DNA of 48,416 nucleotides, the filler included, from Jimgerdemannia flammicorona (lineage: Eukaryota), in assembly GCA_003990765.1 (NCBI GenBank). It is 2 parts of 2 records of this genome, joined end to end, with 100 filler letters (N's around TTAATTAATTAA, not from the genome) between each part and the next. Parts side by side here need not be neighbours in the genome. Positions count along the whole stretch, not along the records: positions 1 to 24,158 come from RBNJ01001016.1; 1 more part is not named here. One strand, written 5' to 3'. Positions 1-13,434 of the stretch are shown piece by piece. The stretch's first letter is position 1; each line of letters begins with the position of its first letter. The notes beneath the pieces were generated by a model. That model had not been told where the DNA came from. It searched no databases and saw nothing but the letters and a program-made list of their open reading frames with translations. A program made the translations under genes and the position numbers.

Positions 1-9
1 AAAAAAAAA

Positions 10-1056
10 GAGACCATGGAGCTTGGAGCTGGATTGGGGGAGCATGGACATTTTGGACAATTGGTTGGTCCTGGAGAAGCAGTTCGATATCTGGGTATCT
101 GGTTCTCGGTATATGGGACGGTGCTGCCGAAAGAGTAGTGGTGTGGATTGATACAGAAGTGGGAGAGTGCCTTGGTGGGCTGGTCTGGGAGGGGCTTATT
201 CTTGGTTGGGAGGATTGTAGTTTTGAATGTATATTGGTTACCAAAGCTGTGGTACTTGGGGTACCACCTGGACTTTCCAGGATGGGTGTTACAGAAACTG
301 AAGAAGGTGGTCGAAGGATGGCTATGGCAGGGAAGGAGATCACAGATTAGTTGGGAGATAATGGTGATGCTGAAGGCGGATGGAGGTCTGGGGCTGGTGG
401 ACTTTAGAAGGTGGCTAAAGGTACTTCAGGGCTGGTGGGGTTGTCGAATGGCAGAATTAGCAGGGGAGGGTTGGAGCAAACTGGCGATAGACAACTGGAA
501 AGTTAGGTTCTGCCCCCGGAGCGAGGTTCGGAAGGACATGCGAGGTTTGCTCCAGGTTGGAAGGGTTGGCAGATTGCGTTATAGGGGATTCTGGTGGGGT
601 ATTGTGGAAGCTTGGCTTGCAATGGGACTTATGGGCCCAGAACCTGGTGAAGAAGAGGAGGACCCAGAATGGCGATGGTGGCAATTTGGTGTGATTCGTA
701 TTGGCGGCCACCCATTGGTTGAATACTCTTTAACTGGGGCAATGGAGTGGATCCGGACGGGTCCGCTTGAGAGGTGGCCGGTTGGTTGGCAGAAGGCTGG
801 GTTTGGAGAAGAATGGGAGTGGGGTCGGGTCTGGGGTTGGGGGACCTCACTACTCAAGATTGCCCCACCCAAGTTCTGGGTGGTATGGTGGCGATTTCTG
901 TGGAGAAATGTCATGCTGGGGTACAGGATAGGGTGGATGGTGGAAGAAGGTGTAAGGGAATATGAGTGGTGTTGTGAGCTGGATGGGGGAGTAGTGCAGA
1001 CTCCGGAGCACATTCTGGCAGCTTGTCTAGGGGTGGAAGGATTTTGGCGGACATTA
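10..1056 (+). mobile_element. L1/Tx1-like LINE fragment (young copy), ORF2 C-terminal part
   Basis: ORF 148..1131 has LNVYWLPKLWY, GGLGLVD, PPKFW and an EHILAAC knuckle remnant, homologous to the other LINE copies here. The LINE sequence stops at 1056, where an LTR begins. CpGs are largely retained. Confidence 0.9.
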
Positions 1057-1862
1057 TGTAATAACTCTCACTTCTATCCCTCTCTTATCCTTTGGATAAT
1101 TAGGGAAGTGGACTATTACTTAGGGACTTAGTACACAATGTGTACCAAGAAGCCTTCAGTTTGAGGAAGCGCTCACTTAAAGTAGTTTGTAGCGGCAGTG
1201 CCTTATCTTTCAAAGGTCTTTCTCTTGTGTGTCTTATCTTTCAAAGGTCTTTCTCTTGTGCCCTATTTTGAGGGTCTTGTTCCTTGCTGTACACAGACTG
1301 AATTTGCCTTGGAATTCAGGTACAATGGGTTTACTTAAGTCTTTGGAGATTTATATACCGGTCTTAGTTCTGGCAGAAGTTAGCTAGGCTTCTGGAGTTT
1401 AGTCAGAAACACTAGAGTCACTTAGATGTCATTACTAAGACTCAGGGGAATGTGTGTGTGGGGGGGGGGACTTGATTCTTGTATCAAGGACTGAACTAAA
1501 ACTGCTTTATTTTGGATAGAAACTGGGGAGTATTTATACAAGTTGGTCCATGATTTCTGACTAAGTATGAGTGACTAATTTGGTAACTATAATGAGGTTT
1601 GTGATTGCGACCTTTGTTAGGTGGTTTTTGGTAAAGAACATCTTTGTGATCAGGACCTCAATTACTAGGCAATGATCAGCAGCTGTGGCAACTGTTGCTG
1701 CGACGCCAGTTGTCAGGGATAAGCTGGGTATTGTTTTTTCCGCATCGTTTTGCATCGTTCATTATTCATATGCTGCACTCGATCGTATGATGATGTCATT
1801 ATCAGGTCATGTGATCATTCATCTCATCACGTCCCATCTGTTTGCTCATTCGTTCTATTATA
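1057..1862 (-). mobile_element. Solo LTR-like element (family D)
   Basis: Ends TGTAATA (1057) and TATTATA (1856-1862, read as TATTACA with one C>T). Minus-strand TATAAATA near 1531-1538 and AATAAA near 1506-1511. LINE sequence on both sides. Confidence 0.65.
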
Positions 1863-4552
1863 CTAATATCTCTTTAATAATACTATAAACCCAAGCTATA
1901 CTATGTATCTCTGATGAGCTGGTCTCCAACAAAGCCCCTCTGCTTCTCACCCAGGACTTGCTGGACCACCTTCTGCAGCCTCACTATAACAACCTTAGTG
2001 ACCATCTTTCTGGCTATATTTAGGAGCATAATTGGTTGCCAGTTCTTCCAATCCTTCCTCCTACCCTTGTTCTTATATAATAGTACTATCAACTCTAGGT
2101 CCTGCTCACCCACCCACTTCTCTAACTATAATACTAAGTTGCAAAGTACTGTCATCTCTCCCAGTACTCTAGAGACTCCCACTATCTTCTTCTAGAAGTC
2201 CCAGAACAGACCATCCTCTTTTAGTATAGTGCCCAGTAAAGTTATAGCAAGAACTCAGCATATCTCTTTCTCCTGAACTGGTAATACTAAGCCATCTAAT
2301 CTATCTACTTGTAGTGGATGTCAGTTCTCCAATGTATGTTCAATAGTAGCAACATCAGCCCTATTCTCCTTCTCACTCTATAAACTGCTCCATCTCTCCT
2401 TTAGTGAGTCTAATATATTTTATGAACTATATATTAGCAGACCATCAGATCCCAGTACTCTCTCCCACTACTATCTCATCTTTCTCATCTGAAGAAGTCT
2501 TGAAAGGTACTTAGAGGGCCTCTTTCTCTTCTTCAGCCTCTATCAGTATAGTCATACAGCTATTTCTCTCACATGGATCTCCTTCTCCTTCTTCAACATC
2601 TGTTATAACTCAGCAATCTCCAGCCTTACTTATAATAGCCTCCAATTCTCAACCCCTCTAAGATCAAAAGATCTGCCTAGTTCTCCTGAAGCTGGACTAG
2701 TCTAGCAGAGACCCAGGCCACTCTCCTTCACTGCTGTTTTTTAGCTATCTTGTCAGCCTCACCCTAGTAATCCCTAGTAGCCTTCTTTAACCTTATCTAC
2801 TGAATATCTATAGGAGTACTTTTATGGACCCAACTAACCACTTTCTGCCTAATGTCCTTAGCCTAAATATCTCATAACTCTTTCTTAGCTAGTAAGGAGA
2901 AATTGAGATACTAATATTCAGATCCATCCCTACTTCCTCCAAACCAACTTTACTCTAACAAGCCTCAGTAGTTTGACTATAGATACCACTCAGCCTCCAG
3001 AGACTTCTAGACATCCAGACCCCAATAATCTGCTCTCAGCATCTAATCTATCTTAGTTCCAAGGCCACTAATCTAATGGATGTAGACCCTTCTATTACTC
3101 TATATTACTCAACCAGTATCTACTAAGACTCTAAGTTACTCTACTTCCTCCCAACCTTCTAGACTGTCACTCTGCCTCCAGCATTCCTCCCCTCATCTAT
3201 TCTGTCTATCTGTACTAAACATACTATATTAAAGTTTCCTCTCAGTATATCTACTCTAGCCTCTATAAATATCCCACTCTCTAGAAGACCAGCAATCTAC
3301 TCTACATACTTACTCCTAACAATAGAGCAGTAATAAGATTCAATCATAATTGGTTTTCACTCTGGCTGATGTCATTCCCTCCAAACTAGTTGATCTTTTC
3401 AATTTCTACTGTTATATATTTTACCTTACTCTTTCTGTATCAGTATTCTGATCCTGTCTATCCAAACTACTACTCCTCTCTATTCTCTTATCTACTCTTA
3501 TTAATTTAGGTTCTTCTTATACTATATATCTTATAGAAGAAAAAGATCAGCTTCTAATTCCTTTAACTAAGTAAAAATATTTCATTATCTCTAAGCCCCC
3601 CTCAAGTTATTTACATTCAATGAAAATATAATAGTTGTACTATTTATGGAGAATAATGTTGAAATAGATATATTCTCTTCATAACTCTATATTCCTTTTC
3701 TCTCTTGCTAAGTCCAATCTATATTCTGCAGTAACCTTCTCTTCTTCAACCTACTTAGTCTCTAGTCTAGTCAGAAGTTCATCTATTACTATATTATCTT
3801 TTAACTCCATCTCCTTCTAGTATTCCAGACAAGCTCTCTGCCAGATCTTCAGCCTATATCTCTGTTTCTATCAACAGACTGCACACTCTCTAGTAGCCAC
3901 CACTATCTTAGCCTCTTATGTTTTATCTACCTTATAGCCTTTCTCATTTAAAAATACTATCAATATCTCTATCAATAGGACCTCTACAACACCATCTCTC
4001 TACAGCACTCTCATCTAGTACTCCTCACTGATGACTCTCAAATTCACATTCCCCAACTCCTCAGCTATCAAGTTATTCATTATCTGGTATATCTACTATA
4101 AGTTCCCAATTTTCTTACTCCCAGGGATCACTAGTTAGTCAGCCCCCAGCATCACTATATCTGTCCCCACACTTGTAGACTTATCTCACTCCTCCTTAGA
4201 AATATCTACTAGCTCATTTTCCCTAATCTCAACCACCTGCCCTCCACTTGCTATCTCAGGTATTCTAAACTAAATATACCAAGTCTTCATTATTACCATA
4301 TCCTCCTCAGCTCTTGGCTTTGCAGCTCCAGACCTTTCTTCTAAATCTTTACTCTCCTCTCATATCTCTAGTGTATCATTATTATAGAGAGCCTGATCTC
4401 TTGCCTCTTGGCTCCTATCTACAGTCTTTACACTCCTCTCTATCTCAATATCTGTCTAGATACTCTCCTGAGCACCCCCTATAGCTTCATCAGAGCTAGG
4501 CACTATCTTCTCCTTCTCCTTCTTCTTCAAACTAGCCAGCAACTCTCTCTGC

Positions 4553-4976
4553 TAGTACTCCTAATGAATCAAATCAAATCGAATTTGGCCCAAACTCAAT
4601 TTGATTTGATCAAATCAAGGGTCCAATTCAATTTGATTCAAATTGAATCAAAGGTCCAATTCAATTCAAAGTTTGATTCAAACCTTAATTTTCAAAATGT
4701 AATAACTTGATGAAAACTCATCTAAATTTAACATATTTTAGCTTGTTAGATTCACTGTATTAATGTGATTCTAACAAGCTAAAGTACATTATATTTGGAT
4801 GAGTTTATGCTGAGTTATTGCATTTTGAAAATTAGGGTTTGAATCAGACCCTCAATTCGATTTGACTTTTGATTCAATTTGAATTGATTCAAATTGAAAA
4901 ATCCCCAATTCGATTTGACTCATTTAACCCTCAATTTGATTCGATTCAAATTGATTCAACTCATTTGGGAGCACTA
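4553..4976. mobile_element. hAT-type palindromic MITE
   Basis: TIRs TAGTACTCCTAATGA / TCATTTGGGAGCACTA. 8-bp TSD ctctctgc (4545-4552) / ttctctgc (4977-4984). GATTCAA-type subterminal repeats and a central hairpin. Confidence 0.88.
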
Positions 4977-5062
4977 TTCTCTGCTACATACTTATATCTC
5001 TGCACTCTCTCTCACTGCCTCTTGTTTATCCAAATATTCTTCCCATCTACTACTTTCAAATA

Positions 5063-6525
5063 CAGTGACAGTCAAAAGTATACTAATATTTGGTTATTAT
5101 TAATATTTTAATTATATTATACCTCTAATCTAAATTCTATTTAACCAAAATTTTAAACATTAATAAAATAGCCTTTAAACTTTTGAATAGTATGTGTTTT
5201 ATTATATTTAGATAATTATTCATTAATACTATTTTGACCCTTCTCAGTATATAGACTTTTTTTTTTTTTTTTGATACATATATTTTGCATGCTATTAATA
5301 TCCATTATTGTTTCAGACATTCTTTACAACTCTAGAGTATATTTGTACAATATCAATTTAGTTTTATTGTTCTGATTTCTAAATTAGACCACTTAATATT
5401 TTTCTCAATAACTTAGTGAGTTTTCAGTTGATTTTGATGATCCTGATGCCATTGGAAAGTTATTCTCAAGAGCTTTTCAAAGATACTAAGGACGTTAAAA
5501 TTGGATGAAAATTCACTGAGTTATCAAGAAAAACATCTGACTTGCTGAGTTCAAAATGAACATTTTTCTCTGATTTTAATTTTTATAATATCATTGTGAA
5601 GCTCTCTATAATAGCTTTCCAATGACACCAAGATCATCAAAATTGGATGAAAACTCACTGAGTTATCAAGGCTACCAAATTTTAGAGTTCTGGTTACATA
5701 GTTTGGTTTCAAGGTTGTGCTGTCCAGGTTCAATCTTTATATTGCAAATTTGTATTGTGCCTTGATGTGACAAGGCAGCAAAAGCTTTTTTTTTTTTGCT
5801 TATATATATATACTGACCTTTTTGAGAGTTCTTTTTACATTATTGATACTTACTGTTATCTTATCAATTAGATCACCAAATATTTTCCTCAATAACTCAG
5901 TGAGTTTTCATCTAATTATGATGATCTTAGTGTTATTGGAAAGCTATTATAGAGAGCTTCACAATGATATTATAAACATTAAAATCAGAGAAAAATATTC
6001 ATTTCAGACTTGGCAAGTCAGATGTTTTTCTTGATAACTTAGTATTTTCATCCGATTTTAATGTCCTTGATATCTTTGAAAAGCTCTTGAGAATGACTTT
6101 CCAATGGCACCAGGATCATCAAAATCGACTGAAAACTCACTAAGTTATTGAGGAAAATATTAAGTAGTCTAATTTGGAAATCAGAACAATGAAACTAAAT
6201 TGATATTGCACAAATACACTATAGAGTTGTAAAGAATGTCTGAAACAATAATGGATATTAATAGCATGCAAAATATATGCATCAAAAAAAAAAAAAAAAT
6301 CTATATACTGAGAAGGATCAAAATAGTATTAATGAATAATTTAACTTAAAATGGTCATATTAATATCTATAATTATCTAAATATAATAAAACACATACTA
6401 TTCAAAACTTTATAGGCTATTTTATTAATATTTAAAATTTTGGTTAAATAGAATTTAGATTGGAAGTATAATATAATTAAAATATTAATAATAACCAAAC
6501 ATTGGTATACTTTTAACTATCACTG
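5063..6525. mobile_element. Non-autonomous Tc1/mariner-type foldback element
   Basis: TA|CAGTGACAGTCAAAAGTAT ... ATACTTTTAACTATCACTG|TA with TA duplication. Inverted arms of about 600 bp (5063-~5668 and ~5890-6525) around a ~220-bp spacer. No transposase. Confidence 0.88.
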
Positions 6526-7571
6526 TATATCAAGTCTATATATCTCTAACATGTCTTAGCACACTGCTCCACTACTCTACTGAGCTCCTTTAGTACCTTC
6601 ATCAGATCCTTCTTCTCCTCTATACTCCTTTTCACTCTTGTTATCTTATAGATAAATATCCCTTACAACAGTACTGAGGACTAGTCTCTCAGCTTTTCTA
6701 TAATCTCTCTCCCAGCCAACCAAAGCCTAATATCTATATCTTTTATCCTAAATAAAGTTTTCTTTCAGACCTGAAAGCTAATATTAACCACCTTACCATA
6801 CTTTACTATAATCTCCTCTACTCTTCTCCTTATCTTAACTATCATTACTATAAATACTCTCTTCACCAATAACTGGGGTCTCATCTCAGACAGCAGACTA
6901 TAGAAGCTACAATTTCTCCTATAGTCAGCCCTGTCTTTATAGTCTCCTCCAAGAGGACAGTCTTCTCAAAGCCCACCTCTACTTTCTCAAGCCTCTTCAG
7001 AAACTTCACTAAAACCACTCTAGCTATCTACTTTGAGATTAGTTCCAGAACTATCTTTACTATCTGTAAGAGGGTTGCTTTTTAGGGTAACCATTATGTA
7101 GTTCTGGAAGGGTTTTCTGGAAGTTCTGGATATTCTGGAAGACCGTTTTCTTAAGGTCAAGATTAATTTTGTATGGAGTATGTCCTCTACACTTATTGAT
7201 TTCAAAATCGAGTTGATGTCTCAACCAAAGTCCCTTTTCAGACTAGTTCTGAATGTTTAGGATTTTCTGTATTTCAGGAAGTTCAAGAAACTAAGACCAG
7301 CTTAGTTGAATCAGCATATCACTGCAGATAATACTCAATTAGGAAATTTCATGATAGGGTTAGAAGTGGGACCTAATGGAGAGTGGATTTACTTAAGAGT
7401 AGTTTGTGGGTTATTAAATAGGTTTATTTGCTATTCATGATATTGCTATACTAGGAGTAGTTGTGTAAAGGGATATTATAGAACATCAATAGCTTTCACC
7501 AGTAACATTCAGGTAATACAAGACTCAGACAACATTTTCAACAACATTTTTGGTAAAAGGCAACTAGCAAT

Positions 7572-9565
7572 ATGGAGAGCAATGACCATACAGATATATA
7601 TACTAGGTCAGGTAGATCTAGGGCCTTCAACTGGCAGCAGGTGGGAAGGGGTTATGGCCTGGGGATGGGGGCTTTCAGAGAACTAAAGAATGGAGAAGGC
7701 TCTGGAGGGGGACCAGTATCCGATGGCAATGGGGGAAGATCTGGTCTCCCGAGCTTCACAGACAAGGTTAAGGAGAGTGGGTGGCTGGCTGGTAATAGAG
7801 CTGGTGCTGCTGAGGGGAAAGGCAAGGTGAGTCTTGGGAGGGAGGACAGTGCTCTGGCTGGGAGTGCAGGTGTAGGGGCTGGAGGTACTGCGGCTGGGGG
7901 TGTGACTGTTGATGGGAGTGTGATGGGAAATCAGAAAAAAAAAGGAGATGTGATAGCTGATGGCCAGGGGGGGCAGGAGTTCCCAATGTGGAAGGGGGAC
8001 CTGGTGATGGTATAATGGGGCTGGTGGTGACCCCATTGCTCAAGAAGTCGATCTCAGAGTTTGTGATAACCTTGTGCTTCTGGGGCTTAGTGGTGACAGC
8101 GAGGATGGTTCTGGGGCTTGTCTTGAAGCAGGTGGCTGGGGCGGCCTCGGTGAAGTTCCTGAAGGGTCTGGAGAGAGTCGAGGTGGGATTTGAGAAGACT
8201 GGTCCACTGGATGAGGCACTGAAGACTGGAGTTGTGGTTGGGGAGGTGGTGGTCTCTATAGTGCAGTACTTGCAATAGGACCCCAGAGTGGTGCAGCTTC
8301 TGGTAAAGGGGGTGCTCATGGTGACCAAGGAGGAGACCAGGAAGAGGGTAGAGGAGGTGATGATTGAGTATGGTGATATGGTGGATATCGGCTTTCAAGT
8401 GTGGAAGAGGATGATGATCAGGATGGGTGACATTGATGTCAGGATTTGGCTGGCAGGAAAGGAGGCCACGGGGAAGGCAAGTGACTGGCCTTCTGTGATG
8501 ATGTGGAGGGCATTCATCTGTAAGGTGTCAAGGGTGAAGGGGAATGAGGAGGAGGAGGAGGACTTGTTGGAGGTGCTGGAGGAGATGAGTGGAGCTGTAG
8601 AGAGGAGGGTGAGGGCCTGGAAGATATATGAGGAGTCAATGTATCTGGAGGTTGTAGAGGGGAAGTGAATCCACATGGAAAAGGGGCAGTGGGAGTGGGC
8701 ACAGGGGTGCAGGAGGCAGAGGGAGCTACTGGTAAGTATGACAGTCAAGGCGAAGAAGAAGGCAGTTGGGGCTGAGGTATCTGGGGGCATCGAGGCCAGT
8801 GTCTGGGCTAGTAAAGGGGTAGGGGAGGTGGAGGTAGGCAAGGAAGAAGATGGGAAGATGCTGAGTAAGGACCCTTTTGCCAATAGCACCTTTGAGGTCT
8901 GGGAGCCAGAATTGGACTCTGCAAAGAGAAGGATGTCAGAGGATGTGCTGATGAAGGGGGCCCAGTGAGTGCATTTTGGGGTCCCTGATGTGGTGAAAGG
9001 AGGCCAGGTGGTGGCAGCTGGTGAGGATGAGCTGGTGGATGTCCCTGAGGAGGAGCGGGATGAGGCTGTCAGTATGGGTACTGACACCATAATATTGGAT
9101 GCAGGATGGCCAGGGACTCCTGGAGGGAAGGAGGTAGGAAACTTGCTATAGATGAGCAAGGTGATAGATAACCTTATGGCTGATGCATTGGGAGAAGTGG
9201 ACCTGTGGGTTATGCCTGAGGGGCACTGGGAGTGGATTCTGCATGGTGAGGGAGTAGTGGAGGCACTGAGGGAGGAGATTCTTGCAATCCTCTTAAAGGA
9301 GGAGGGATATGAGGTCAATGAGGTGAGGAAGGCAGAGCTGGTGATGGCTGTGGGTGAGCAGGCAACATACTGCTGGGCTGAGCAGCATGGTTTGCAGTTC
9401 TGGAGGGAGGCCTGTCTGGAGTATCGAGAGGAATTTGAGGAGAGGGAAGATGAGGTGATGGTAGAACTCCTGGGAGAATTAGAGGCATGGGAAGCTGGGG
9501 AAAGGGAACTAGCTGCTGAACATGAATTGGACTTGGTGCAGAAGGAGCTGAATGTGGACTTGTAG
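7572..9565 (+). pseudogene. LINE ORF1 (RRM-like region followed by acidic/helical region), disrupted
   Basis: Successive ORF pieces 7572-9565 broken by stops and a frameshift. Homologous to 25390-27290. Confidence 0.8.
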
Positions 9566-9568
9566 AGG

Positions 9569-12500
9569 ATGGGATCACTTTTTTTTTTTTTTTTTTAACA
9601 TTATTCCTTATGAACAGTATAACTAACATTTTCTCTTTGAATATGAATGGGCTGAGGGGGTCTGGATGGCATAAGAACATTTTTACTTGGCTCAAGGGAT
9701 TGGAGGCTGATCTCTTTTTACTATAGGATGTTTAGTGTGAGAATGAGAATGATCAGGCAAAGTGGACTAAGGAATGGAGTGGGGCTTCTGCTTGGTTTGG
9801 AAAGGTGGCGATTCTGGTAAGGAAGGGTAGAGATGACTTGGAGGGAATCAGGATCAGTGTCTGGACCACACTGATGGTGGGAGGAGTGCAGGAGGGAGAA
9901 GTGGAGGCCTGGATGTATGGGAGGAGGTAGAGAGGTTGAGCTCCTTAGGAAATATGGGTAGAACATGATGGGGCAACTCCAGAGTCTATATGTATTGGGT
10001 GAAGGGCTTGGGTATAAGGATTGACTGGATTCTGATAGTGGAATGCTGGGGGTCTGATGTCTGGAAGGTATTGGAGGTGGAATGGTACCCATGGTCTGAT
10101 CACTGGGGACTGTTGGGACAGGGGCAGTTTGGGGGGAGTAGAGATGGACCTGGACATTGGCGCCTCAACTCCTCTCTACTAGCTGAGAAGGGGTTGTGAG
10201 ATTCATAGGTAGAGGACATTCAGATGAAAGTTTCTTGCTGGAGGTGTGAGGGTTTGTCAGTGGGTGTCTGGTGGATGAGATTGAAAGAGGCTGCGAGGGT
10301 CTATTGGGGAGAGGCTGGGAGAGAAGCTGGGAGATAAAGGAGGAAGTACACAAGGTATACTTCCAGCAGGCTGAGGAGATTGCAGATGGATTGAGCAGAT
10401 TTGCTTACTTCTGATGGGGTGGAGGATTGGAGGTTAGCATGGATTAAATTGGAGGTATTGGAACTGCAATAGGTGCTGAGAGAAGAGGAGGAGGTGCATA
10501 TGCAAAGTATGGCTGCTAGGCTATGGTGGCAGGGGCTTGAGGAGGGTGAGCAGCCTACTAGATATTTATCCTGTCTGCTCAAGGCTAGGAGGGTGAGACA
10601 TTGGTGGGATGGAGTTCTCGATGCCAATAGGGATATAGTGCATGGCACGCAACAAATCCTAGGGGTTTTGAAAGAGAGATGGCAGGGTTTGTGGAGTGAG
10701 GATGAAGAGGGTACTGATGAGGTAGCTATTGAAGATGTATTAGGAGAATGGAGGCCATCACAAGTGGCTAGACTGGATGACTTGGTCTTGCTGGTGTGAG
10801 GTGAGGAAGTCCAGAGTGTCCTTATGGCAACTAAAACTGGAACAGCACCAGGGGAGGATGGACTACCATGGGACTCCTGGAAGAAGATGGTCAAGGTCTC
10901 TGGCATTCTGGGGGAGATGACTACTCTCTGTGATCATATTCTTCAAAGCAGTGAATGGGTTGGAGAGCAGGACCTTGAGCTAGTGGCTTTATTATACAAA
11001 GATAAGGGGAGGAGAGAAGACTGGAAGAACTGGCAGCCGATCATGCTTTTGGACATAGACAGGAAGATGGTAACTAAGGTGGTTGTTGCAAGGCTGCAGA
11101 AGGTTGCCCAATAGGTGCTGGGGGAGGAGCAGTGGGGCTTTGTTGGAGGCAGGCTTATTAGAGATGGGACTGCTTGGGTGCATGGTATCATTGAAGGGGC
11201 CCGGGCTTGCAGCCTGGATGGGAGGTTGGTCTTTTTGGATCAGGAGAAGGCCTATGACTGGGTCTGGTGGGTTTGGCTGGCAAGGTGTTGGATCATATTG
11301 GTGTTCCTTCTGGATTTCGGGCTTCTATGGTGAATCTGCTCAAGGGCAGTTGGGCAGCACTGTTGTGTAATGGTCACCATGGTCAGGCATTTACCTTGAG
11401 AAGAGGGATTCCTCAGGGGGACCCCTTGTCCCCTATTCTTTATGCTCTCTCATTGGAACTGTTAATGGATAGAATTCGCCAGAAGGTAGTGGGGCTCTCT
11501 ATCTATGGCATAGTGTGGAAGATGGGGGCCTTTGCAGATAATATGGTGGTTGGCCTTGGGTCTGTGGCGGATGTCATGGCACTTCAGGAGACAGTGGAAT
11601 GGTATGAGGTTCACTCTGGGGCAAAGCTCAACTAGCATAAGTGTGAGACTATGGTGCTAGGGAATAGACTGGTAGGTGGGGACATTATTGGAACAATTGT
11701 CCCTACTGGTGAGATGGTATGGTATCTGGGCATCTTCCTCTCTGTATATGGTTCTATCTTGCCATAAGTGTGGTGAGAGAGCAGAGTGGCTATTTGGGGG
11801 GAGGTCCTTCAAGATTGGGGAGGCCGCCATATCTCTCTAGCAGGGCAGGTATCAATTCTGAATACATACTGATTTCCTAAGCTGTGGTATGTGGCATATC
11901 ACCTAGACTTCCCAGCTTGGATGATGAAAAGGCTGATGAAGGTGGCTAGGGATTGGATTTGGGCAGGGAGGAGGTCCCAGGTCAGTTGGGATACTCTTGT
12001 GATACCGGTGGACAGGGGAGGTCTTGGTCTTGTAGATTTCCCTAAGAGATTGCACTGCTTGCGAGCCTGGTGGCTGAAGAGAGCAGCTGAACTGCAGGGA
12101 GGAGGTTGGGTACTTCTGATGCAGAAGGTGTGGGAGATATGAACCTCCCCCTGAGGGTCCTCAGGAGATCTACTCTCTTTGGTAGGGCTCAATGGAATTT
12201 GGCGGCTGCAATTTAAGGGCTTTTGGTGGGAAGTGGTCAATAGAGCACACTGAATTGGTCTGTGCTGGCAAGGCAATGAGGGGGAGGTGTTGTGGGGTCC
12301 TCATATGTGGTGATGGGATAGACTGCTTCTGGGGGGTGCTCTACTTATTACTTTTGATATTGGGGATGGAGTGGAGTGTCAGCAGGGTCTTGGCCAAGAC
12401 CTTTGGCTGAGCGGTTGGCAGGTAGTCGGGATTGGTAAGGAGTGGGACTGGGCTGATATCTGGTCTTAGAATACTGAGGTGCAGCAGTGGCTTCCCCCCA

Positions 12501-13081
12501 AGTTCTGGGTGGTGTGGTGGTGAATGCTGCAGAGGAACATCATACTGAATTTCTGCACCAGGTATCTGGTGGATGGTGGCTGTTTTGATTGTGAGGAGTA
12601 TTATAATGTAGGACAAGTTGGAGGTTTGGTACAGATGCCAGAACATTGGCTGGGGGAGTGTGAGGTTTTGGGGGACTTTTGGGTTGAAATAGGGAATAGA
12701 CTGGGTGTGGAGTGCAGGCCAGTGGGTGAAGGGGATTGCTGGGAGGACTTGAGAGCTCGGCTGGTGAGGGGGGTGGGTGATAGTTGGCTCACTGTCAGGT
12801 GGGTGTTAGCAGTTTGGATGGGTCTGGCAGGATATTGGCTATTTGTATTTGAGGAGGAGTGGCAGATGAGCCTATAGGAGAAGGTTGTAAGGTGGGAGGA
12901 GCTGTTGGGGGATCTGTTGACTAGATGGTGGATAGGTTGGGGTCCCTCAGGGGGGCGGCAGCATGGTTTGGTGGCAAGGATATGTGAACAGAGTGGTGAG
13001 AGGGTGGGAATTGTATTCAATAAAGTGGTGTTTCATCGAGAAGGGATAGGGGGGAGGGGCCCCTCTAGGGGGATTGGATAG
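9569..13081 (+). pseudogene. LINE ORF2 (APE endonuclease, reverse transcriptase, C-terminal zinc knuckle), disrupted
   Basis: SLNMNGL, RIDWI, SDHW (APE). APGEDG, LDQEKAYD, GIPQGDPLSP, FADN for FADD (RT). C-terminal EHWLGEC. Confidence 0.93.
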
Positions 13082-13434
13082 GGGGTGGGTTTATTGTATT
13101 TATATAGGATAGATGGGTGTAATAAAGGATGAGTCCAAGTGACTATAAAAAAAAAAAAAAAGGGATATTATAGAAAGTGTTCAGGAGTTGTATTCAGATT
13201 TATTTAAGTCTGAGATTCTGAGGTCTGGGAGAAGAGGTATTTATACTAGTGAGGGGCTATCTAGACTATGCTAAATATAGATGTAGCACTTAGTGCCTTG
13301 CTGAGTCAGAATGCAGTCACATAGTACAAGTGTGATCTGATATATCAAGAGATTGTCTGACTGCTGAGTCAGTTTACAGTCACATTGTACAAGGCTAATC
13401 TAACTATACTATGACTGCTAAGATATTTATAGGT

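Larger units (their letters stand above)
1863..7064 (-). mobile_element. Old, heavily mutated LINE (ORF1, endonuclease, start of RT) interrupted by two DNA transposons
   Basis: ORF 1901..2113 (LLYKNKGRRKDWKNWQPIMLLN...QRGFV) is RT. 6528-7064 matches ORF1 of the 7484 copy in reverse complement. Many C>T/G>A stops. Confidence 0.88.
7484..13158 (+). mobile_element. Near full-length L1/Tx1-like LINE inserted in LTR A
   Basis: Poly(A) tail after ...gtgactata, AATAAA at 13121. TSD aaagggatattatagaa (7467-7483 / 13159-13175). The empty site is visible in the 5' LTR near 22462. Confidence 0.95.

Noticed and set aside
8395..9318. 307-aa antisense ORF and other long antisense ORFs over the LINEs
   Set aside because: Expected from the C-rich antisense strand, which has few stop codons. 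Ser/Pro/Thr-rich with no domain.
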